DNA from: an uncultured Parabacteroides sp.
GTDB lineage: Bacteria > Bacteroidota > Bacteroidia > Bacteroidales > Tannerellaceae
NCBI GenBank assembly: GCA_949287365.1
Contig: CASEGC010000019.1
Span: forward strand, 2,428-66,427
Reading direction: 5' to 3'
DNA: 64,000 bases
This document shows positions 19,360-29,290 of this stretch, in pieces (position 1 is the stretch's first letter; every line of letters begins with the position of its first letter). Made by a program: the position numbers and the translations under genes. Under the pieces are notes generated by a model. That model ran no database searches, was not told where the DNA came from, and saw only the letters and a program-made list of their open reading frames with translations.

Positions 19360-20274
19360 ATGATATATTTAGAACACTTCCGATTACCACGAAACAAATG
19401 GGTTGATTGGTATTTTTCTTTTCCTTCTCCCGGGCTAGAACCTTCTCCTGAATTCTTAGCTACATTGGAAGAATTGGAAAAGCGTTTTCCTGAAGGCATA
19501 CCACAAGCGAATAAGATGACAGGTTTCACATCTTGGTATCCATGGAATATATTTTACCAGCGAGGAATAGTAGATTTCCATTTTGATGATATTACAATTC
19601 TTTATGGCGGGAATGGTTCGGGTAAAACAACTTTGTTGAATGTGATTACACAAAAGTTGGAATTGCATCGTTCGACTTTGTATAATAGAAGTCCCTTTTT
19701 TGATGATTATCTGAAATTTTGTGATGCTTTTCTTATAAAAGATGTCACAAGCAAATATGCTATTCAAAAAGGGAAAATTATAACCAGTGATGATGTGTTC
19801 GACAATATGCTCAGAGTGCGAAATGAGAATCAAGCAATCGATTTTGAGCGTGAACGTTTGGTAAAAGAATTCATAGAAAGACCCGTGCGAAAGAAAAATG
19901 ATCCTTCTTGCTCTAAGTATGTCCGTTCTCGTTTGTCTCAAAACCACCCTGAACAATCGAACGGTGAAACCGCATTCAATTATTTCGTAAAAGAGATACA
20001 AGATGATTCTCTGATATTATTGGATGAACCGGAAAATAGCCTATCCGCTAAATGGCAAATTGAATTGGCGCAATTCCTACAAGGAGCCGCTCGCACTTTT
20101 CATTGCCAACTGATAATAGCTACTCATTCTCCATTTATTTTATCAACACCGGGAGCATGGATTTATGATTTGGATGCACAACCTATCCGAAGAAACAAAT
20201 GGCAGCATCTCGAAAACGTTCGCTGTTATTATGAACTGTTTAAACGATATGAGGAACTATTTGTTGAAATATAA
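19360..20274 (+). CDS. Stand-alone ABC-type ATPase (COG3910/AAA_21-like)
   Basis: Walker A GGNGSGKT, QSNGE signature, LLDEPENSLS, IIATHSP. Confidence 0.88.
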   Translation: MIYLEHFRLPRNKWVDWYFSFPSPGLEPSPEFLATLEELEKRFPEGIPQANKMTGFTSWYPWNIFYQRGIVDFHFDDITILYGGNGSGKTTLLNVITQKLELHRSTLYNRSPFFDDYLKFCDAFLIKDVTSKYAIQKGKIITSDDVFDNMLRVRNENQAIDFERERLVKEFIERPVRKKNDPSCSKYVRSRLSQNHPEQSNGETAFNYFVKEIQDDSLILLDEPENSLSAKWQIELAQFLQGAARTFHCQLIIATHSPFILSTPGAWIYDLDAQPIRRNKWQHLENVRCYYELFKRYEELFVEI

Positions 20275-20287
20275 ATAAAGGAAACCT

Positions 20288-21613
20288 ATGAAATTCAGCA
20301 AAAGAATATTAGACATATTGGACAAACAAGAAGCCCGGTTGGAAAGATTAATTGAAAAGAAACAAATCGAACTGATTCATCATCCGGAGAGACGAGATAA
20401 AGTAAGTATTATATTACCGATAGAAGGTCCGGGAACCTCTTGCCTTTACATTTACAAAGAGGATACGCCAATGTCCGTCTTTCGGGAAGTGGCTCAATTG
20501 ATGTTCTTTTTATATTACCCATACCAATATCCTCCGAAGGAATGTTTGCTTAAATGCGTGAAATATCTCCGGATGCTTCCTGAAGATATACAGGAAATAT
20601 ACCTTTATGCTTATCACAAACAAGCCGCACAAATATATAGCGGGAAGAAAGCGGATTACCACTTGCGGCAAGCGATAAAATACAAATTGGATGATTATGA
20701 AGAACCTGAAGAAATACCTACACTTCAGGAACTACTGGAGAAATGGCATCAGGCACCTAATACCTATTTGGTTGTCCTGATGAAGATTCTTTCATTTATA
20801 CTGTCTGATAGAGACAAAGAGCATCCGGATAACTTCTACGAGTGGAACAGGGAGCAGTATGAATTGATGGAAAAATCATTGGATGAAGCCATTACCCTTT
20901 ACGGAGAAAATGAATCCTATCCTTCTATTTATCGGGCTTATTTCTACTTTTGCCAATCCATCTATTACCGGCAAACGCACAGATACACGTTGGCTGAAAA
21001 AGCCATACAAAAAGCCAAAGAACTTTTACCTTCCATAGAAGAGGATAATATGGAAGATTTTCTTTTAGAAAATATGAAAGAAAAATTGGATGTGATGGAT
21101 AGAAAAGTCCAAATAGCCATAGAAAACTTTATGACCAATGAAACCTATTATGACGATGAAGAAGAGAACGATGACGAAGAAGAGGATGATGAAGAGAATG
21201 AAGATAATGAATATACATTCGATGAGCTATATGAATTAGCCGAAGAAGGGAATGCTGATGCACAATTCGAAGTTGCTTTAGCTTATGAATATGGAAATGG
21301 CGTAACGGCAAATCCGCGTATCGCCTTTGAGTGGATGTGGATAGCAGCACATAATCATAATTTGTCCGGAATGAATAATTTAGGAAGTTATTATGGCAAG
21401 GGTATAGGTGTAGAACAAAACGATGCTGAAGCATTTAAATGGTACAAATTGGCAGCCGAAGAAGGAGATGCTTATGCCCAATACAATTTGGCGATTTGTT
21501 ATAGCAATGGGGAAGGTGTCTATGCAGATGAAGAGAATGCTTTGCGATGGATACGAAAAGCTGCCGAACAGGGCATGGAAGAGGCGATACTGGTTTTGAA
21601 AGCCTTAGAATGA
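20288..21613 (+). CDS. TPR-like/acidic linker/Sel1-repeat protein
   Basis: Helical N-region, D/E run DDEEENDDEEEDDEENED, three Sel1 repeats at C-terminus. Confidence 0.82.
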   Translation: MKFSKRILDILDKQEARLERLIEKKQIELIHHPERRDKVSIILPIEGPGTSCLYIYKEDTPMSVFREVAQLMFFLYYPYQYPPKECLLKCVKYLRMLPEDIQEIYLYAYHKQAAQIYSGKKADYHLRQAIKYKLDDYEEPEEIPTLQELLEKWHQAPNTYLVVLMKILSFILSDRDKEHPDNFYEWNREQYELMEKSLDEAITLYGENESYPSIYRAYFYFCQSIYYRQTHRYTLAEKAIQKAKELLPSIEEDNMEDFLLENMKEKLDVMDRKVQIAIENFMTNETYYDDEEENDDEEEDDEENEDNEYTFDELYELAEEGNADAQFEVALAYEYGNGVTANPRIAFEWMWIAAHNHNLSGMNNLGSYYGKGIGVEQNDAEAFKWYKLAAEEGDAYAQYNLAICYSNGEGVYADEENALRWIRKAAEQGMEEAILVLKALE

Positions 21614-21685
21614 AACTAAAAAGAATAGTCGTTTAAACAGCTACCAAGCATATATAGATAAACTTTATTCAAAAACAGATACATC

Positions 21686-23789
21686 ATGTACAACTCAGAG
21701 CAACAAACAGAATCTTTGGATGCGCCGCGTCAATTGGCCGAAAAAGGGGACGCGGAAGCGCAATACAAATTAGGAACCTGTTACTATAAAGGAATTGATA
21801 TAGAACCCAATGCGGAAGAAGCATTCAAATGGTTTGTAACGGCTGCAAAACGGAAACAATTGGAAGCCATGTTCCGATTAGCTCATTGTTATGAAAAAGG
21901 AATAGGCACCAAAAGTAGTCAAGCAAAGGCTATCCACTGGCGTTATTGGGCTATGAATAGGATGCCATCAAACCCAAATGATGCATACGACTCTATGGAA
22001 ACACCCATGTGCGGACGAATAAAGGTGAGGAAAGGCGGGAAATATGGCTTCGTGGATATGAAAGGGCATCTTGTTATCCCGACAGAATATGACTGGGCAG
22101 GATCTTTTGATCATATAAAATTGTATGGGAAATGGTACATTGCTTCTCCGGTAAGTGTTCAACAACGTAAATGGTTGATAGATTCAAACAACCAACCTAT
22201 TACCTCACCGATAGATATTGATAAGCAGTATTTTATCATTAATGATAAGTTGTGGGTAAAACAAGAACAGGGATATGCTTTAGTAAACCTCAAATGGGAA
22301 ACGTTACTTCAAACCGACTATCAATATATTGTGAATGATCGAATCCATCGACCCGAGAATGTTTTCTTGGTCAAGAAGCAGGATTATTTCGGTGCTATCC
22401 GTGTTTGTGACAATAATCGAGAGCAAATAATATTGCCTTTTTAAATTTGAATCGTGTAAGTTTTGGAAAATATCCGGTATGGAAGTTCTCATACAAGGTA
22501 TATTAGATGGGAAGAATGAGCTTTTTGATTTACAAGGTAATAATGTAGTTGATACCCCTGCGGAAAGATCCATCTGCAGACGAATTAGAGTGAGGAAAAA
22601 TGGAAAGTATGGCTTCATAGATATGAACGGGAATCTTGTCATCCCGGCAGAATATGATTGGGCTGATACTTTCGATCGCATAAAATTGTATGGAAAATGG
22701 TACATAGCTACTACAGTAAGTATTCAACAACGTAAATGGTTGATAGACTCAAACAACCAACCTATTTCTTCGACATTAGATATTAATAATCAACACTTTA
22801 TTATTAATGATAAATTGTGGGTAAAACAAGATAAAGGATACACCTTAGTGAACCTCAAATGGGAAACGCTTCTTCAAACCGATTACCAAGACATCGTTAA
22901 TGACCACTCTCAACAACCCCAGAATATTTACTTGGTTAAAAAACAAGATTATTTTGGTGTCATCCGTATTTGTGACAATAATCGAGAGCAAGTAATATTA
23001 CCTTTCAAATTTGAATCGTGCAAGTTTTGGAAATTACACGGTACAAGATTTCTTATACAAGGCACAATAAAAGGGAAGAAAGGACTTTTTGATTTGGATG
23101 GGAATAATGTAATACCTTGCACATATAACAAGTCTGATGTTATCATTGCGGAATATAGCTTTGATTGTGAAAAACAATATTACACGATCTATACAATAGA
23201 AGAAGAATATCTGTTGGATGAAAACTGCCTTGTTATCGCAAGAATAAATAAACGAAATGATGTTTCCTATTTCCATTTCCTGATGAACCAACAGCGTAAA
23301 CAATTCCGCTTCAAAACAATAAATGAGCTTCTTTCGTATTGTAAAAATATAGATGAAAAAACAATTAGTTATACAGACAAAGAAGACATCATTACTTACG
23401 CCTACTTCTTTTTAGAAGAAATACTGCAAAAGTATGCGGCTCAATATGATTTGCGTTATACGAGATTTAGATTTCTCAATAATAGATGGCAAACACGGTG
23501 GGGAGAATGTGAGTATTGGAATCGAAGTATTAACCTAAATTTGTCATTGTTACTACAATCTGAGAGGAACATACGAAAAGTAATACTTCATGAGCTTGCC
23601 CATTTAAAATATCCGAGGCATACAAAGAATTTTTATGAATTTCTGGGTAAGTTATTAGGTACTAATACCCAAGAAGCAAAAAAGAAATTTGGAGGGAAAA
23701 TGACTTTCTTAAAAGAGGAAAATTGGTTCGCTATAATCAATCAAAAAAAGAAAGAATTGTTCGCTTTGGCAGAACAAGGTATCTCGTAA
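21686..23789 (+). pseudogene. Frameshifted Sel1 + 2x WG-repeat module + YgjP/M48-like HExxH protein (ORFs 21686-22444 and 22479-23789)
   Basis: Sel1 repeats, KYGF.DM.G.LVIP.EYD WG repeats, RWGEC...VILHELAHL...H; one extra T at CCTTTTTAAA (22436-22445) versus CCTTTCAAA in the second repeat; joined product would be 700 aa. Confidence 0.75.
22007..23111 (+). repeat. Intragenic tandem duplication (~540-bp units, 22007-22547 and 22572-23111)
   Basis: Near-identical peptide blocks CGRIKVRK.GKYGF...LFDL.GNNV; offset 565 before and 564 after the extra T. Confidence 0.9.
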
Positions 23790-23873
23790 AAAGCACCAGC
23801 ATAAACATTATCAGATTCAAAATAGAAACTTTTTCCGTACATTCGCGAACCGATAAGATAATGAGACGAACGC

Positions 23874-25817
23874 ATGGCAAATAATCAGCTTTCCCCAATC
23901 GCGGATTTACAACGGCAAAATGACTTGTTACGGAAAGAATACGAGTATGAGAAAGAATTATACCACCAGCAAGCCGAACGGCAAGACATTCGGAAACGAA
24001 TCGCACGGGGTGTTTGTTGGTTTCCGGTCGCTCCCGGCCGAAGCTATTACAACTCCCTGAACCAATTGGTGATAGAGGTCGAACGCTTGGAAGACAAGGA
24101 GGTAGAGCATGGTTTCGAGCATGGCCGTCCGGTTTGTTTCTTCACGGCGGATTCCGGTCGGAACATCAAGTATCTGGATTTCTCCGCCACGATAAGCTAC
24201 GTCAGGGAAGACCGGATGGTAGTGGCTCTCCCCTCGCCTTCCGCCTTGCTCGACCTGCAAGGGAGAAGCGGGAACCTTGGCGTGCAAATCTACTTCGACG
24301 AGACCAGCTACCGGACGATGTTCACCGCCTTGTCGGAGGTCATGCGGGCGAAAGGCAACAAGTTATCGTATCTCAGGGACGTGTTGCTTGGAACGGCGAA
24401 AACCCAATGGCGCACGTTGTTCCCCATTCGTTTCCCATGGCTGAACCCATCGCAAGAGGCGGCGGTGAACAAGGTATTGGCGGCCAAGGAGGTAGCTATC
24501 GTACACGGGCCTCCCGGCACGGGAAAGACCACCACGCTGGTAGAGGCGATTTACGAGACGCTCCATCGGGAAAATCAAGTGCTGGTCTGCGCGCAAAGCA
24601 ACATCGCGGTGGATTGGATATCGGAGAAGCTGGTGGACCGCGGCATTCCCGTGCTCCGTATCGGGAATCCAACCCGCGTGAACGACAAGATGCTCTCCTT
24701 CACCTACGAACGCCAATTCGAGTCCCATCCGGATTACGCCGAGTTGTGGAGCATACGTAAAGCGATACGGGAAACCCAAGACCGGACGCACGGGAAGAGC
24801 CGCGACGAGAAAGACACGCTACGCAATCGGCTGTCCCGCTTGAGATTCCGGGCCACGGAGCTGGAAATCAAAATCGACACCGAGCTATTCGACGAGGCGC
24901 GGGTCGTAGCGTGTACGCTTATCGGCTCCGCCAACCGAGTCCTGACGAACCATCATTTCACCACCTTGTTTATCGACGAGGCGGCGCAAGCGTTGGAGGC
25001 CGCTTGTTGGGCGGCTATCAGCAAAGCCGAACGGGTCATCTTGGCGGGCGACCACCATCAATTACCGCCTACCGTCAAATGCTTGGAAGCCGAGCGGGGC
25101 GGGCTAAGCCGGACGTTGATGCGGAAAATAGTCGAGGCGAAACCGGAGACGGTCTCCTTGCTGAAAATACAATACCGTATGCACGAGGATATCATGCGTT
25201 TTCCCTCGCGGTGGTTCTATCACGACGAATTGGAGTCCGCGCCGGAAGTGAGCCATCGCGGAATCTTGCAATGGGACACGCCTATCGTCTGGTTCGACAC
25301 CTCAGAACTCGATTTTGGAGAAGAAACGAGAGCGGAGACCCTAAGCCGGATAAACAAACGGGAAGCGGAAACGTTAGTCGAACAGTTGCACGCCTATATC
25401 GAGAAAATAACCCCCGGACGTGTGTTGGAGGAACGCATCGACTTCGGGCTAATCTCCCCTTACAAGGCGCAAGTACAATACATCCGGGAACTCATCAAGA
25501 AAAACCCGTTCTTCAAACCGTTACGCGAGCTGGTCACGATACACACCGTGGATGGTTTTCAAGGACAAGAGCGAGATGTCATACTCATCAGCTTGGTACG
25601 CGCCAACGAGAGCGGGCAAATCGGCTTCCTGAACGACCTGCGCCGGATGAACGTAGCGATTACCCGAGCCCGCATGAAGCTGATGATATTAGGCGACGCC
25701 TCCACCCTGACCCGCCATCCCTTTTACGAGGCGCTTTACCGTTTTATCGCCGAGAGGGGAAAAATCGTCACGCTCAAAAGAGAGGAAGAACCGTCAGAGC
25801 GACCGGATACCGATTAA
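23874..25817 (+). CDS. Superfamily 1 (DNA2/NAM7/UPF1-like) helicase
   Basis: LNPSQ, HGPPGTGKTT, IDEAAQ, GDHHQLPP, QYRMH, TVDGFQGQE, RRMNVAITRAR. Confidence 0.92.
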   Translation: MANNQLSPIADLQRQNDLLRKEYEYEKELYHQQAERQDIRKRIARGVCWFPVAPGRSYYNSLNQLVIEVERLEDKEVEHGFEHGRPVCFFTADSGRNIKYLDFSATISYVREDRMVVALPSPSALLDLQGRSGNLGVQIYFDETSYRTMFTALSEVMRAKGNKLSYLRDVLLGTAKTQWRTLFPIRFPWLNPSQEAAVNKVLAAKEVAIVHGPPGTGKTTTLVEAIYETLHRENQVLVCAQSNIAVDWISEKLVDRGIPVLRIGNPTRVNDKMLSFTYERQFESHPDYAELWSIRKAIRETQDRTHGKSRDEKDTLRNRLSRLRFRATELEIKIDTELFDEARVVACTLIGSANRVLTNHHFTTLFIDEAAQALEAACWAAISKAERVILAGDHHQLPPTVKCLEAERGGLSRTLMRKIVEAKPETVSLLKIQYRMHEDIMRFPSRWFYHDELESAPEVSHRGILQWDTPIVWFDTSELDFGEETRAETLSRINKREAETLVEQLHAYIEKITPGRVLEERIDFGLISPYKAQVQYIRELIKKNPFFKPLRELVTIHTVDGFQGQERDVILISLVRANESGQIGFLNDLRRMNVAITRARMKLMILGDASTLTRHPFYEALYRFIAERGKIVTLKREEEPSERPDTD

Positions 25818-25885
25818 AAATCCAAGGCATACGGGAAAAAAACTTTTCCTTTAGCGGGGAAAACTTGCTTTTACCCCAAAAAAAC

Positions 25886-25971
25886 TCTATCTTTACGCTA
25901 AAGATACATATCTTCAACCTAAAGACGCGTATCTTCAGCCTAAAGATATATGTCTTTAGGTTAAAGATAGA
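25886..25971 (-). repeat. 86-bp palindrome array, copy 3 (mosaic unit orientation; phased arms ~25830-26045)
   Basis: tc-tatctttacgctaaagata-ca-tatcttcaacctaaagacg-cg-tatcttcagcctaaagata-ta-tgtctttaggttaaagata-ga. Confidence 0.93.
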
Positions 25972-26071
25972 ACTTTTCCCCGCATGGAGGAAAGTTTTTC
26001 CCATGGAGAAAAGAATTTTTTCATGGAAGGTGAACGATTTTTTCTAACTATAAAATAAAAGGAAACGAGAC

Positions 26072-26707
26072 ATGGCATCGTATGAAATGCAGGAATCAAA
26101 CCTGCCCAACAAGGAAGGCAAACGTATCCTCTTCCCTCGCATGAGGTTACGGGGACAAGCGAATTTGGACGAGATGACGCAAAAGATTTGTGAAGCCAGC
26201 TCTTTCACGCCCGGCGACGTGAAAGGAATCGTGCAGGCGTTATCCGAGGAAATCGCCCGCGAGATAGCGGACGGTAAATCCGTCAAGATAGAAGGTATAG
26301 GCGTCTTCTCGCCCGCTCTGGGACTGCGCGAGGGCGCGGAGCGCGAGACGGGCGAAGAGGGCGACCCGCGGCGTAACGCCGCGAGCATCCACGTCAAGGA
26401 CATTCATTTCAAGGCGGACAAGAACCTGCTGAGGCAGACCGACAGGCAATGCGCGTTAGAGCGGTCGACGTGGAAATTCCGCAAGTCGTCCACGAAATAT
26501 ACCCCCGAGGAACGGCTACGGCTGGCGAAAGAATATCTGGCCGCGCACCAGTTCCTCACCGTGGCGGACTATTGCCAACTGACGGGCTTGCTCCGCGACG
26601 CGGCCGCAAGGGAATTGAGACGCTGGAACGCGGACGAGGCCTCCGGTATCGAGTCCAAAGGAAGCGGGACGCACAAAATCTATATTATAAAGGAACAGCA
26701 TACGTGA
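26072..26707 (+). CDS. HU-related DNA-binding protein with C-terminal HTH-like extension
   Basis: ASSFTPGDVKGIV.AL, GKSVKIEGIGVFSPAL, IHFKADK; C-terminal LTVADYCQLTGLLRDAAARELRRW. Confidence 0.85.
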   Translation: MASYEMQESNLPNKEGKRILFPRMRLRGQANLDEMTQKICEASSFTPGDVKGIVQALSEEIAREIADGKSVKIEGIGVFSPALGLREGAERETGEEGDPRRNAASIHVKDIHFKADKNLLRQTDRQCALERSTWKFRKSSTKYTPEERLRLAKEYLAAHQFLTVADYCQLTGLLRDAAARELRRWNADEASGIESKGSGTHKIYIIKEQHT

Positions 26708-26882
26708 CACTTTAGCGAGAGAGGGCGTACCAAGACGCACGCGTTATCGGCGCACCCTCTCCCGACAGGGAAGAACGTTCCTAAACCTGTTTTACAGGAA
26801 AACAGGTCTCTTTCGCTATCGATGAACCCGTGGATTCTCGATACTTCTTCGTACATTTGTGTTTTAAACCAAAAATAGCGCC

Positions 26883-28115
26883 ATGAAGTACAAGTTATTA
26901 GTAATTGATGTAGATGGGACGTTATTGAATGACAACAAAGAGATAACTCCCCGCACCTTGGCCGCCTTGCTGAAAGCCCAGCAGATGGGGGTGCATGTCG
27001 TGTTGGCTTCCGGACGCCCGACCAACGGTGTACAACCTTTGGCGGAAGCGCTTGAGCTAAACCATTACGGTGGTTTCATCCTGTCGTATAACGGAGCGCA
27101 AATCATTAACGCCCAAACGGGAGATTTACTGTTCGAGAAACGAATCGACACGAAAATGATTCCTTATTTGAACCGTAAATCGAAAGAAAACGGCTTTACC
27201 ATTTTCACGTACCATAAAGATTTCATCCTGACCGACAACCCGGACAACAAACATGTCTTGGAGGAGGCGGAGTTGAACGGAATGCGTGTCGTAGGCGTAG
27301 AGAACTTCGCGGAGGCGATTGATTTCTCTCCATGTAAATGTATCCTCACCAGCGATGACGAGGAAAGGCTGGTCTCTTTGGAAAATCACTGGAAAAGGCG
27401 TTTGGCAGGCGCACTGGAGGCATTTCGGTCGGAGGATTATTTCTTGGAAGTCGCCCCACATTTCATTAACAAGGGAAATACGTTGGCGGTGCTGATGGAG
27501 ATGCTCCATGTGACGACAGAGGAAGTGATGGCTATCGGCGATGGCGTGGCGGATGTCCCCATGCTCCAGCTCGCAGGACTAAGCGTGGCAATGGGCAACG
27601 CTCGGGATTCGGTCAAGGCCTGCGCCGACTTCACGACACTGCCCAATAACATGGAAGGCGCGGCGGTCGCTATCGAGAAGGCGATTCTCGCGACCATCAA
27701 GCCGACAGAAATCCCGCTGGACCAACTGAACGCAAGGGCGAAACATGCGTTGATGGGGAATCTGGGCATCCAATACACCTACGCATCCGAAGACCGTGTG
27801 GAGGCGACCATGCCAGTCGACGAACGTACCCGCCAACCTTTCGGCATCTTGCATGGCGGAGCCACGTTGGCGTTGGCCGAGACCGTAGCGGGGTTAGGCT
27901 CCATGAGTCTCGCCAAGCCGGACGAGATGGTGGTGGGTATGCAGGTGAGCGGTAGCCACGTCTCATCCGCGCATGAAGGAGACACGGTGCGCGCGGTCGG
28001 GACAATCTTGCACAAGGGACGTTCTTCTCACGTGTGGAACGTGGATATCTTCACCTCTACCGATAAGTTAGTCTCATCCGTACGGGTGATCAACAGTATA
28101 TTAAAGAAAAAATGA
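26883..28115 (+). CDS. Cof-type HAD-IIB hydrolase fused to PaaI/hotdog thioesterase (likely DHNA-CoA thioesterase, MenI role)
   Basis: DVDGTL, ASGR, GDG.ADVPM; C-terminal QPFGILHGGATLALAET; first gene of men cluster. Confidence 0.85.
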   Translation: MKYKLLVIDVDGTLLNDNKEITPRTLAALLKAQQMGVHVVLASGRPTNGVQPLAEALELNHYGGFILSYNGAQIINAQTGDLLFEKRIDTKMIPYLNRKSKENGFTIFTYHKDFILTDNPDNKHVLEEAELNGMRVVGVENFAEAIDFSPCKCILTSDDEERLVSLENHWKRRLAGALEAFRSEDYFLEVAPHFINKGNTLAVLMEMLHVTTEEVMAIGDGVADVPMLQLAGLSVAMGNARDSVKACADFTTLPNNMEGAAVAIEKAILATIKPTEIPLDQLNARAKHALMGNLGIQYTYASEDRVEATMPVDERTRQPFGILHGGATLALAETVAGLGSMSLAKPDEMVVGMQVSGSHVSSAHEGDTVRAVGTILHKGRSSHVWNVDIFTSTDKLVSSVRVINSILKKK

Positions 28116-29227
28116 TTGAAGAATATTCATACGCGGCGATAATTGACAAATTAATCGAAAGCGAGGCAAGTTTCGCTATCTGGCGCATACCCGGAGAAGA
28201 CAAGTTTCATTTCAGGATGCAAAGCAGCGGCTCTCCTCGCCTATTATTCGACATAAAAGATTTAAACAAACGGAGCGGTTTCGTGATCGCTCCGTTTCAA
28301 GTAACAGAGGCACGGCCCATCGTTTTGATAGAGCCTGATCGTTTCGAGATTCCATCCGAAGACGACGCGATTTTCCTTCGAAAGAAAAGCGATTTTCCTC
28401 CGGAAGAAGAATCCTTTTTCTCCGAAGGGAATGAAAAGGAGGAATACGCACGCCATTTCTCGGCGTTTATCGACCTCTTGCTGAAGGGGAGTATGGACAA
28501 ACTGGTACTTTCCCGCCGCAAGGCGATTGGGAGAAATGTGCCTTTCTCACCGGGCGAAGCGTTCCTCGCGGCCGCGGAACGATATGTCCGCTCGTACGTC
28601 TACCTTTGCCACACGCCTATGACCGGCGTATGGATGGGCGGGACTCCCGAGATTTTGCTATCCGGCAAGAATGGCCAATGGCAAACCGTAGCCTTGGCAG
28701 GAACCCAAAACTTACGCGCCGGCAACTTGCCCAAAAACTGGGACCATAAAAATTGGATGGAACAGCAACTGGTAGCCTCTTATATCCAACGTCAACTCTC
28801 CACGTTAGGTATCTCGCCCGAGGAAAAAGGACCTTACGCGGTACGCGCCGGAGAGGTGTCTCACTTGAAGAGCGATTTCGCTTTTTCTCTCCCCTGTTCG
28901 GACAGGCTGGGAGATATCCTTAAGTTATTGCATCCGACTCCCGCGGTTTGCGGTCTTCCCAAAGAGGAGGCTTACCGCTTTATACTTGAGAACGAAGGAT
29001 ACGACCGCGGTTATTATTCCGGATTTATCGGCTGGCTGGACCCTGAAGATCAAACGGATTTATATGTCAATCTCCGTTGTATGCGGATTCAGCGGCGAAT
29101 GTTTACGCTATACGCCGGTGGCGGATTACTCGCCACTTCCCAATTGGGAGATGAATGGCAGGAGACGGAAGACAAGATGGAGACCATGCGACGGTTATTG
29201 CCCAAATCCAACGGCTCAAACGAATGA
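28112..29227 (+). CDS. menF: Isochorismate synthase
   Basis: KLVLSR, TPEILL, ALAGT, LHPTPAVCG, RGYYSGFIG, YAGGG, EWQETEDK; men context. Confidence 0.85.
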   Translation: MIEEYSYAAIIDKLIESEASFAIWRIPGEDKFHFRMQSSGSPRLLFDIKDLNKRSGFVIAPFQVTEARPIVLIEPDRFEIPSEDDAIFLRKKSDFPPEEESFFSEGNEKEEYARHFSAFIDLLLKGSMDKLVLSRRKAIGRNVPFSPGEAFLAAAERYVRSYVYLCHTPMTGVWMGGTPEILLSGKNGQWQTVALAGTQNLRAGNLPKNWDHKNWMEQQLVASYIQRQLSTLGISPEEKGPYAVRAGEVSHLKSDFAFSLPCSDRLGDILKLLHPTPAVCGLPKEEAYRFILENEGYDRGYYSGFIGWLDPEDQTDLYVNLRCMRIQRRMFTLYAGGGLLATSQLGDEWQETEDKMETMRRLLPKSNGSNE

Positions 29228-29290
29228 CCTCGGACCGGGCATAACGCTTATGTCCGAGATTCATTATTAACGAATATAATTTAAAACACT

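Larger units (their letters stand above)
13263..23789. mobile_element. AT-rich, probably horizontally acquired island (WYL regulator plus 8-9 co-oriented genes); no integrase or att sites seen
   Basis: Visible drop in GC from ~14.2 to 23.8 kb versus flanks; accessory-type gene content. Confidence 0.6.

Noticed and set aside
13263-23789. Island as prophage, ICE or integron
   Set aside because: No integrase, transposase, relaxase, phage structural genes, tRNA target or flanking direct repeats seen
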